A stretch of 64,000 nucleotides of DNA, from contig CACWTF010000001.1 of the NCBI GenBank assembly GCA_902763685.1, positions 1,084 through 65,083 on the forward strand, read 5' to 3'. This stretch comes from a methanogenic archaeon (GTDB lineage: Archaea; Thermoplasmatota; Thermoplasmata; Methanomassiliicoccales; Methanomethylophilaceae). A program made the translations under genes and the position numbers. Of this stretch, positions 12,301-24,300 are shown in pieces (within the stretch, counting starts at the first letter, position 1; each line of letters starts with the position of its first letter). The notes beneath the pieces were generated by a model. The model was not told the DNA's origin, did no database searches, and worked only from the letters and a program-made list of their open reading frames with translations.

Positions 12301-15300
12301 AAGGCTGGCACAGTCGGCGAAGGCGTTCTTTCCAATGTGCTGCACAGCGGGGAAGGCGGATCCGTCGAGGACGGTGAATCCGCATCCGTAGAACGCATAA
12401 TCGCCGATGAACCACAGTTCGGGTGCGGTGATGGTCGCGAGCTTCTGACATCCGTAGAAGGACTCGTTGGGCGCCATTCCGCTGCTGGCAAGGTTGGCGG
12501 AGGTCAGCGACCTGCAGCCGTAGAACTCCCTTCCGTTCTCGAGGTCGACGTTGGCGAGATCGATGGTAGTCAGTGCCGAACAGTTCTCGAACATGGACCT
12601 GGGAAGGACGATGAGCTCGGTATTGGAGGCATTGTTGGTGCTGGAATACAGACCTACGTTCTTCAGGGCGGTACAGTCCTTGAAGGTTCCGTTTCCGAAG
12701 GCGGTGGCGGAGGTGAAACTTGCGTTCACCAGCTTCGCGAATCCGCGGAAGTCGGCGTTGAGAACGGCGGTCTCGTTGGCCTCGAAAGTGGTCAACTGGG
12801 ACTCGAAGGTGGAGAGGTCGTTGCGGAAGGTATCGTAGGGTAGCGAGGGAACGGTTCCCTTGAAGTATGCGGCCCTCAGCAAAGCACAGTCGAGCAGCAC
12901 GGAGGATCCGATCCTCAGACCCACTCCGGGGGTTCCGAGGGTGATATTCACGACACCGGAGGATGCGAAGGCACCGTCGCCGACAGAGACCACGGAGGGG
13001 AGACTGACGGTTCCCAGGGTCGCACTGTTGATGGTGGATACCGCACTGTTCCTGAATGCTCCCGCACCCACCGAGGTCACATTGCCGAAGGTGGCGTTCG
13101 TGAGTGCGGAACAGTTCTCGAATGCTGCCTCGGGGATGACGGTAACGAGAGGCAGGTTGACATTCTGCACCTGGCTGTTGCTGAACGTACCGGCACCGAT
13201 GGTATGGACCTTGGCGGTCTGCACCGAGGTGATGGAGGTTCCGTCGAACGCATGGGCTCCGATGGTCTCCACGAGAGGCATGGTCAGGTCGCCGGTCACG
13301 TTGGTACAGTCCCTGAACATGTTGTCCCCGATGCTGACGACAGCTTCGAGATCGACGTTGGTGGTTCCCGAGATGTACCAGGGGGTCATCTTGTAGCAGG
13401 GGCCCTCGCTGGGATCCACGTAGTAGGTGCATCCCGCTCCGGTTCCGGTGAACTTGATGTTGGCGATCTGGCATCCTGCGAACGCGGGGTTGTCGTTGTC
13501 ACCGACGGCGTCGAGGGAGATCGGGATCTCCAGGCTGGTGACGGAGGTGCAGTTCGCGAATGCGTTCATTCCCAGGGTGACGACGCTGGGTCCGAGGGTG
13601 ATCGAGGTGATTCCGGCACATCCGTCGAACGCGTGGGCACCGATGGTCTCCAGACCGGTACATCTGGAGAGGGCGAAGGTGGTCACCTTGGCATCGCCGT
13701 AGAACGCGTAATCGCCGATGGTAACCAAAGACCTGGGCATGCTGATGGTACCGTAGATACCGCGGGACTCGGTGCTGCTGACCTGCTTGTAGCAGGAGTA
13801 GAACATGTAGTTACCGATGCTGGTGATATCCTCGCTGAAACCGATGACAGGGTTGGCGGTGGTCTCGGCCACCCTCTTCCAGGGGGTGACGGTTGTGGCG
13901 AGATACGCGGCACCGACCCCGTTGGGTCCCTTGGTGAAGTTGAAGATGTTCAGCTTCACGCATCCGTCGAACATGGCAGCGGTGTACATCACGGTGATGG
14001 GGGCATTGAGCGTGGTCAGCACAGCACAGTTCCTGAAGGCACCGGTACCCACCTTGGTGATTCCCTCGGGCAGGGTCAGTGTCTTGAGCAGGGCACAACC
14101 GGAGAACGCGTAATCGTCCACGGTCGTCACGGAGGCGGGGATGCTCAGGGTCTCGAAGGTGGAGTCTGGGAACGCATACTTGCCGATGGTCGCCAGGGTG
14201 GACGGGAACGAGACCGATTTGGCCTTCAGGTAGGTGTAGTTACCGGTGGAGGTGATTCCGTTCTCGTATTCCACCGCATAGGGTTCGGAACAGTTGTTCC
14301 AGATCAGGCTGGAACGGATGTCGGCGGTGTAATTGAATCCCACTCCGTACTTACCGTAGGTGAACTTGATCTTGATAAGGCTGGTGATGCCGATGGACTT
14401 GGAGGAATCGGCGGAATCGATCGCCAGATCCAGATCCACGGGCACGGTGAGGTCTGTGATTCCGGAACATCCGGCGAGACAGCACTCGTCGAGGGTCTCC
14501 ATGGAGTTGGGGATGGTGATGGTGCTCAGGCCGGCACAGTTGTACAGTGCGTAAGCTCCGATTTTGGTCATTCCCTCGGGCAGGGACAGGGTGCGGACGG
14601 TGTTGTCGGGGTCCGCGTTGTAGAACATGTAGCTGTCGATCTCCTCGATACCCTCGGCGAAGACGATGTCGATGGGGGACACGTTGGTAGACCAGGGCAT
14701 GAGTTCGTAGTTGTGCTTGGTGGGGTCCGCATCGTTCATGTCGCTGTAGTAGGTATCGAGGAAGGAGGTCCTGGTTCCGGTGAAGGTGATCCTCTCGATG
14801 TTCTCGGTTCCCTCGAAGACATTAGCGTACTTCACGGTGAAGGGCAGGGTGAGGATGCGAAGGGTATCGCAGTCCGCGAATGCACGTGCCCTGACACTGT
14901 CATGCTCCCCGTTCAGGAGCACCAGTTCGGTGATTCCGGTTCCGGCGAAGGCCTCCTCGCCGATGCTGATGACGTTCGCAGGAACGGTCAGCTTTCCAGT
15001 GAGGCTGCAGTTCTTGGATGCCTCGGGAAGGATGGTGACCAGGTCCTGATGGAGGACGAGGTCGCTGCCGATGAGGTTGGGCACCCTGATCAGCTGTCCG
15101 TAATCCTTGCTGTAGAGGGCACCGTTGAAGGTGGCGTACGAGGGGTTGTCGGCGGACACGGTGATGGTCGTCAGGGTGGCGATGTCCAGGGCGGAAATCT
15201 CCAGGCTGACGAGGCTGTCGCCGAAGGATACGGCGGAGAGTCCGGTACCCTCGAAAGCGGAGGTTCCCACGGAAACGACCGCAGGCATGCTGAGGGTTCC

Positions 15301-18300
15301 GGCGAGGGTGCTGACGTTGTAGAATGCGTATGCACCGACAGCGGTGACCTTGGGCATGACTCCGTCGACGATCTCGGTGAGAGCGGTTCCGACGAAACAG
15401 CTCTCTCCGATCATCTCGAGGTTGGCGGGGATCTTCAGCGAGGTGAGGCTGGTACATCCGTTAAAAGCATTGGCACCGAAGACGGTGGCGGCCGGGAAGG
15501 TGGCAGCGGCGATCGCTGTGAGACCGGTGTCCCTGAACGCATCCGCACCGACGGTGGTCGCCTTGGTGGCGGTTACCGAACTGAGGGAGGTACAGCCGCG
15601 GAACGCCTCGTTTCCGATGGTGGCTGTGTTTACAGGGGATGCACTCGTAAGAGCGGTACATCCGTAGAATACCCTGCTGTTGCTGAGGTCCGCGTTGCCC
15701 AGGTTGATGTCGGTAAGGGCGGTACATCCCTCGAACATGGATGCGGGAAGCATCACGAGCACGCTGCTGTCTCCGGAATACAGGCTGACCTCCTGCAGGG
15801 CGACACAGTCCTTGAAGGAAGCGGCGGCGGAACCGGAGCCGAACTCGGTGGTCCCGGTGAGGCTGACGGTGTTGAGCGAAGCGAATCCGCTCACATCGGC
15901 GAGCATGGTGCGGACACTGTCGGCGGTGAAGGACTCCAGGACCGAGGTGAAGTCGGAGGAACCGTTCTTGAAGGTATCCGCAGGCAGGGTGTAGACGTTT
16001 CCGTCGATCTGCAGGGTGCGGAGCGATTCACAGTCGAGGAACACTCCGGCACCCATGTCGAGGTCGACAGCGGCGGAACCAAGGGTGACGATCTCCACTC
16101 CGGACCCGGCGAATGCGTTGCTGCCGACGGTCCTGAGGGCGGTCAGGGAAACGGTTCCGTTGGAATTGCTGTTGATGGTCTTGATACCGCTTCCGCTGAA
16201 CGCCCTTTCGCCCACGGAGGTCACCGCTCCGAAGGTACATTTGGAGAGGCTGGCACATCCTTCGAAGGCCTGTGCGGGCACGACAGTGACCTTGTTGAGC
16301 TGTACAATTTCGAGCGAACTGTTGCGGAATGCCGACGAACCGATGGTCGATACGTTGGTGGCGGTGATCTTGGAGATCCTGGTGCTCTCGAATGCGTTGC
16401 TGCTGATGGCGACAAGCGAAGCGGGGAGGACCAGTTCTCCCGCGAATGCAGTGCATCCGCGGAAGGTGTTGGTTCCGATGGAAGTTACATCGTTGGAGAA
16501 GGTGAACGACGAGGTCCCGGACAGGTACCATGGAGTCTTCTGGTAGAACCTGTTGCTGGTGGGTACATCGGTATAGTCGCATCCTGCGGCACTGCCGGTG
16601 AAATTGACCTTGGCCACGTTGCATCCCACGAATGCAGGAACGGAGCTGTCGGCGACTGCGTTGAGTGATATGGGCAGGGTGATCTCGGTGAGGTTTCCGC
16701 AGTTCTGGAAGGTTCCCGCACTGAGACTCTGGACCGAAGGACCGAGTGTGATGCTCGTCAGGAGGTTGCAGCCTGCGAACGCGTAAGCACCGATGGTCTG
16801 GACCGCATTGCCGAACACCAGGGCGTTCTTCAGTCCGAGACATCCGCTGAAGGCATTGTCGCCGATGGTGGTGAGCTGACTGCAGGTCGCGAGGTTCACG
16901 GACTGAATTCCGGCACATCCTTCGAATGCTGATACTCCGATGGTAGTGATCTTGTTGGGCAGTACGAGTGGTCCGCTGATTCCGAACTTGTCGGTTCCGT
17001 AATCCGCGAAACAGCCGTCGAACATGTGGTCGCCGATGGCGGTGATGGTATCCTCGAAGACCACGGTGGGGCTGAGAGGCGTTCCGTAGCTGAGAACGGC
17101 CTTCCAGGGAGTCATGGCCACGGAAGTGTAATCCGCACCCACTCCGCCGTCGCCGTAGGTGAATTCGAAATCCTTGAGGCTCTCGGATCCCTCGAACATC
17201 TCTTTGGTGTATGCGTAGGTGATCGGTCCCCTGAGCCTTCCGAGGGAATCGCAGGAATAGAACGCCTTGTTGCCAATCTTGGTGATTCCGGACGGGATGA
17301 TGACGGAAGTGAGGCTGTCGCAGTTCTCGAACGCGTTGTCCTCGACGGTAGTTACCGATTTGAGATCCAGCGAGGCGAAGGTGGATTCGGAGAATGCGTA
17401 CTTGCCGATGGTCTGCAGATCATCGGAGATGGTGAGCGAACTGGCCCTGAGGTGCATTCCGTTGCCGATGGCGGTGATGCCCGCAGAGACCGTTACCGCA
17501 TAAGCGTTGGGACTGCTGTGCCAGATGGCTCTTTCATAGGTGTTGCTGTAATCGATGACACCGGGGACGGCTCCGGGGATGAGGGTGACGGAATCGAGCT
17601 GTACGATTCCTATGTTTCCGGAATCGATGGCCATGTCGAGGTTGATGGGGAAGGTGATGTTCCTGATCCCGATACAGCCGTCGAGACAGTTGTTCTGGAG
17701 GAGATCCATGGTGCTGGGGAGGACCAGATCGGTCAGGCCGGCGTTGTTGGTGAACGCGTACTGTCCGATCTTGTTGATGTTCTCGCCGATGGTTATGGAT
17801 ACGATGGTGGTATCTGCTGCCGGACGGTAGAAGATGTAGTTGTACACCTGCTCGTTGGCGGGGTTGAACACCACGGAGATATCGTTGTTGCTGGAATACC
17901 ACGGCATCTGGTCGTAATTCTCGGGCGTGTAGTAGTTGAGCATCGAGGATGCGTAGGAACCCACGAACTCAATGCTGGCTATGTTCTCGGAACCGAGGAA
18001 CACTCCTCCGTACTTCACTGCATAGGACAGTACCAGATCGGTCAGGAGGCCGCAGTTGCTGAACGCTCTTTCTCCCACGTTGATGACGACGGGACTGCTG
18101 TTGTAGCTCATGATAAGCTTGGAGATCGAGCTGCCATCGAATGCGTGCTCGCCGATGCTTGTCACGGTCACGGGGATGGTGAGCACGCCCTTGATGGTGG
18201 CACCGTATGCGGCGTATGCCCTGATGTTGGTCAGGGTATCGGCAAGGGTGACATCGGTCCTGTTGATCTGTGCAGGAATAAGGATCAGCTCGGTGAGAGC

Positions 18301-21300
18301 GTAGTTGTACAGCATTCCGCTTCCCTCGGGGGAGGCAAAGACTGTGTTCTGAGAGTCCACACTCACATTTGCGAGGGTGCTGATGTTGAATGCCCCAACA
18401 CCCAATGCCTCGAGATCCTTCTGGATGTCAACGGACTGGAGCTTGGTGCCGCCGAAAGCATAATCCCCTATGGTCCTCACATTGTTGGTGTCGAGGGCAT
18501 AACCGAGATCGCTGTTGTCGAGATCGGAACAACCGTTGAATGCATAGACACCGACTGAATACAGTGTATCGTTGAACTGTACCTTTGTGAGGTGGGTGTC
18601 CCCTGCGAATCCGTAATCGCCTACGGTCTGTACCAAGGGGAAAGTAGCCGTATCGAAAGCCGTTACAGCGGTGTTCTCGAAAGCATGTGCTCCGATTGTC
18701 ACTACGAGGGGTGCAGATACGTTTGCGAGAGAGGTACAGTCAGCGAAAGCATATTCAGGAACAGTGGTCGAAGAGGTCAGGGCGACTCCTGTGAGTAGAG
18801 CACATCCTTCGAACTCGTGTCCCTTGATCAGACTAACCTTATTAAGAGAGATGCTGGGAAGTTTGGAACATCCGGCGAACATGTAGGCAGGGAGTTCATA
18901 GGCGGATGCCGCAGAGGTGTTCAACTGTACACTGGTGAGATTGATACAGTTCCTGAAGAGTCCCGCATTGTTTCCGAAATTGGTGGATCCGGATATATCG
19001 ACCGTAGCTAGATTGGGAAAGTTATCAGCAAGGCTGCAGCGGAAACTGGTCACCCTGGGTGCACTGATGGTGGTAAGGGGCGATACGAAACTATCCTCGG
19101 TGGATGGACTGCGGAAGGTCTCGTAATACAGGGTATCGACGCTGCCGTCGATGCTTATCGTGGTCAGTACGGGACATTCGTTGAATGCCCAGTTGCCGAC
19201 AGTGATGTTCAGGGAAGGCGTACCGAGTATCACCCTGGTGATTGCTGAGTGCTCGAATGCGTGAGCACCGACATTGGTGACAGCGGTAATGGATACGCGA
19301 TCGTTGGCATTGAGGAACCTGAGGGTGCTGTTCATGAAGGCCCCTTCGCCGATACTGGTCAGACTGGCGATCGCCCCGTTACTCTGGTTGTAAATGGTGG
19401 TCAGCTTGGTGACGTTGGCGAAAGCATAGTTGCCGATGGAAGCCACGGTATCGGGTAACTTCTGGATGGTTCCGCTGAACGCCATTCCGTAGAACATGTA
19501 GTTACCGATGGAAGTCGTATCGGTGAAGTTGAGAGTCGGATTGAGTACCTTGTTCCAAGGTGCGAGAGCATAATAATTGTTGTTGCTGGCACTATTACTG
19601 TAATCCGCTCCGGGGGCCGAACCGATGAAGTTGTATGTGATGATCGAGGAACAGCCGTCGAAGGCAGGGACCGCGTTATGGGCCACGGCATTCACACTGA
19701 TGGGGATGGTAAGGGTTGTCGCCTTGTTACAGTTCCTGAACGAACCTTCTCCGAGTGTGGTGAGCGAAGAAGGCAGGTTGATGGCGGGATTGATCTCGCT
19801 GCAACCCGAGAATGCATAATCCTCGATAATCTCCAAACCGTTGCCGAAGACGATGCCGTTCATGTTCGCACAGTTCTCGAAAGCATGTGCACTGATGGTG
19901 TTCAGGGTATCAGGGAAGGTCACGGCGGATATTCCCAATGCACTTCCTCCCGGCGACATCGAGGAACATCCGTAGAACATGTATTCTCCGATGGATTTCA
20001 CACCGCTCTCGATATATACTGTCACGGCTTCGTTGAGTGCGGTCTGGGCCCACACGGTTTCAGATACCGATGCACTTGTGTAATCGTGACCTTCGCCGTC
20101 TGTTCCGACAGTGAAATAGAAGTAGGTCAGTCTGGGACAGTTGCTGAAGATATCGATGGCATAATCGAAGGTTATCGGCAGATATGCGGTGGTGAAGAGC
20201 GTACAATCCCTGAATGCATGCTCGCCGATGGCATCGATGGCGTTGGGCAATACCAGCTCGGTGAGATTCGTGTTGGGCATACCGGCAAAAGCGTACTGTC
20301 CGATGGTCTCTAGTTCGTCATCGAAGGTCAGTCCCTTGATATTGGCACCGAAGAAGGTGTAGTCACCGATGGTCAACACGTTGCTCTCGAATTTGAGGAC
20401 GAATTCGTTGATCCTGGTGGAACCCTTATTGGTCCAAGGCAGATCCTGGCAGGTGACGGAATCGTAACTGACAGTGTTACCGGATCCCACACTGATGGTC
20501 AGGTTCTTCAGCTTGGTGAACTTGGTTCCGATCTGGGTGACGTCGAAGGTAAGAGGACAGTAAAGATCGGTGACTGCGGTACAGTTAAGGAAGGCGTTTT
20601 CTCCGACATTCTTGAGATTGTTGGAGAGGTGCAGATTGTTGATCTTGGAGCATCCGTTGAATGCATTGGTTCCTATGGTGGAAACACTGTCACAGAAGGT
20701 GACGGATCTTACCTTCTCCACCTTGTAGAACATGTAAGAATCGACGGTGGTGATGGTCCCGGTGAAATTGACTGCCAGCTTTCCGCTGTCACCGCATCTG
20801 TACCACGGAGTTCCGGCATAATACTTCTCGTAATAGTTTCCCAGACCGGATGCTCCCGTTCCTGTTATGGTGAGCTCGGTCAGACTTCCTGTGTTCTCAT
20901 AATACCAATAGTTGAACACATATCCGACACGGACGGTGTTGGGGATGGTTATCTTTACGATGCCTCCGCACTCAGCAAAGGCTCTGGAGTAGTTGTATGT
21001 GACACTTTCATAGGATCCTTCTGCAGTCTTGAACACATCTGCCTTGGTACACTCAAGGATGACTTCGTTGATGCTGTTGCAATCATAGAAGGCATACATT
21101 CCGATGCTCTGGACGGATGCGGGAATCACGACGGTCCCGGTAATGCTGGATTTGTAGCATACCCTCTCGTAGATGGTCTTGGTGCTGGGGTGGATCGTGA
21201 TGGGCTGGGCCAAGCCTCCCGCATACAACACCAGGGTCGTGTCGTTGTAAAGCCCGTTCTCGTAGACAAAGAACTTTCCTGTTCCTGTTTCAGCGAGAGT

Positions 21301-24300
21301 GATGCTGGTGATCACGTTGGTCCTGTTCTCGTAGTAAATCGCATTCTCGTCGAACACGTTCATAGTGGTACCCAGCCTTATGGACTGGAGGGCACCGCAT
21401 GCTTCGAATGCATGGAAATAGATTTCCTTAGCGTATTCAGCGGTGACGGAAACGAGATTGGGGCAGTTGAAGAAGGTACGGTGATTATCAAGACTCTGGG
21501 TAATATCAGGCTGACCGATGTACTCGACCTTGTTCAGATTGATGCTCTCAAGAGCCGAACAGTTGTAGAATGCCTTGTACTCGATAGTACGCACACCGTC
21601 TCCGAGGGTGACGTTCTTCAGCGAAGAACAGTTGTAGAATGTCTCGTAAGGCACGCTGGTGATGGTATTCGAAAAGACCACAGTCTCCAGGCTGTAACAG
21701 TAGAGGAAACAGTCGGTACCGATGTTCAGAATACCCTCATGCAGGGTCACGGATACAAGACCGGTACAGGTATCGAAGGTGCGGTTGGCGAAGTTACCCG
21801 GCACTGCGGGATTCCAGCCGATGTCTGCAGTCGACAGATTGGTGCATCCGTAGAATGCACGGTATCCTATGGAGGTCAGACTGTTGGGTATGATCACGGA
21901 TGCAGGACCGCGGAGGGTCTCTCTGTTGGCATAGTCACAATAGAATGCTTCCTGACCTACGGTTGTGAAACTGGTTCCGGTGAATTCGATGTTACCCAAC
22001 TTCCAACAGTTGCGGAAGGAACTGGTCCCTATGGTCTTCAGGGTGGTAGGGAAGACATAGTTGCCGGAAAGGTTGTTGCAGCCGTTGAACGCATTGTTGC
22101 CGATGGTCTCCAGACTGGAGGTCGTGAATCCGAAAGCTTCGAGATGCGTACAGCCGCTGAACGCACTGTCGCCAATGGTCTTCAAACCGTTTCCGGTGAT
22201 GGATACACTCTGCAGATTGGTACAGTTAACGAAAGCGTTGGATTCGATGGTATCCAGTACAGTTCCGGGAATGGATACGCTCTGAAGGTTCCTGCAACCG
22301 TTGAAAGCACTGGATTTGATGGTGACGACAGCTTTGGGAATGGTCACGTTACCCTTAAGGTTGGAATTGTAGCAGAAGGCCTCGGAGGATATGGTATCGA
22401 GAGGACAGTCGGCATCCAGCACGACCCCTGTCAGATTGGTACAGTTATAGAACGAACGGTAACTCAATGTCGCAAGCTTCTGCGATAAGTTGATCGGGGC
22501 ATATACACCAGGCTCTGTTTCGCTTGCTCCAACAAGGTTGGTACAGTTGCAGAATGCATTCTCACCGATGGATTTCATGTTCGTACCGAAATCGACATAG
22601 GTCAGATTGGAACAAGCATTGGAGGGGGTCCCATCTCCGAAAGCGTTGTTGCCGATGGAGGATTCCTTATCTCCGAATTTCACACTGACCAGATCAATAC
22701 ATCTACCGTAGGTGACCGAGGCACCCGTCTTTGCACTGTAAACCTGGGCACTTGTGAAAGAATAGGCTCCGATGGCAACCGCCGATTTACTAAAATCGAC
22801 GGAGGCGAGATGTATGCAACCGACAAATGTCTTGGTACCCAAAGTCAGTTTGGGAACATCGATATCGACCGAGATAAGGCTGGGGCAGTTTCCGAACACA
22901 CTCTCGTAAGTGGTGATCTGTGTTTGAGAATGGAGTACGATGGACTGTAGCGAGGTACAGCAGACGAATGCTTTCTGATAGATCAGCAGATCTCCGGTCT
23001 GATCGTGGAAGACGATTCCTTGGAGATTGCTACATGTATCGAAAGCATATTCCCCGATACTTGTCAGAGACTTCGGGAAGTAAATGGTACCGCTTACTCC
23101 GGAACCCAGGAATGCTCTGCTTCCGATAGTCAGCAATCCGCTTCCCAAAACTACGGTGCGAAGATTGACACAGTTCTCGAATACTCCCATACCGTTGTAA
23201 CTATTCTCGATTGTGGTACAGTTGTCGGGGATGGTTATCGAAGTTATTCCTGAATTGTAGAACACCTGGTAGTTGATCTTGGTCAGGGTCGAAGGCAGGG
23301 CGATGGACTCCAGCGAGGTACAGTTCTTGAAAGTATAGTGGTTAAGGATAGTGATACTTCCAAGAGTGTTGATCGAAGTCAATGAGGTACAGTTCTCGAA
23401 GGCAGTTTCACCGATTGTGGATAAGGACGTACTAAGGTTCACAGTAGTGAGATTCGAGCACTTCCAGAATGCCTTGTTACCCACGGAGTTGACATTGGGC
23501 AAATCTGCAACGACGAGATTGGTGAAACTCTCGAAAAGACTGGCTGCAAGCGAGGTCACAGCAGTGAAATGAATCTCCTTGATAGTTGATTCCGCACTGC
23601 TTCCGCTGTTGTAAAGCATCGTCTTCTCGATGGTTTGGATGGAATTGGAAGTGATACGGACAGCGTTGGTGAAGTCCTTGAAGAGATATCCTCCTTTGCC
23701 GGTGAAATAACTGATGTTGATATCCGTGATGGAATCGACGAAATAGTAACCGTTGAAGATAGTGGTGGCATTGTTACCATATGCGGGAAGATCGGTTCCG
23801 TTGCTGGAGTCGAGGTAGAGGGTGTTACCGCAGTCGTAATACCAGACGTTTCCGTTCGTACTCTGCCAGTTGGGGAGTTCTCCGGTGTATTTGATGACGG
23901 TTGCATTGACTGCCTGGCTTCTTAGGAAGGTGGTCTGATCGGACCTGAATGCCTTGGTGCTCTTTTCAGTAGCGTGGATTAGGATGGTCTCCACGTTTGC
24001 CCAGTTGTTCATACCGACGAGTTCGGTACAGATCTCTGCGGTATCAGCGACGGGCTCGAGAGTGAGAGTTTGCCCGTTCATGGACCATGTTCCGATCTTA
24101 CCGTTTACTGAGATTACGTCCTGTCCATAGACTATGGGTATGTCGGGTTCGAGGATCGCATCGGCCATTGTCTGTAATTTAGCATGGTATTGCGCACTGA
24201 ATCCTACGACCTCGACGGTGGTACAGGCAGTGAAATCCACACCTGTCACACTTGCAAAAGAGTCAGGCTCTTTGGTGGTATCGGTCGCAGTCAATGTCAG

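Noticed and set aside
3793-16668. Very long plus-strand ORFs (1543, 1381 and 1154 aa), plus 15..998, 27631..30042 and similar
   Set aside because: They are antisense shadows of GC3-rich real genes, with G/V/D/H-rich composition and no recognisable domains.
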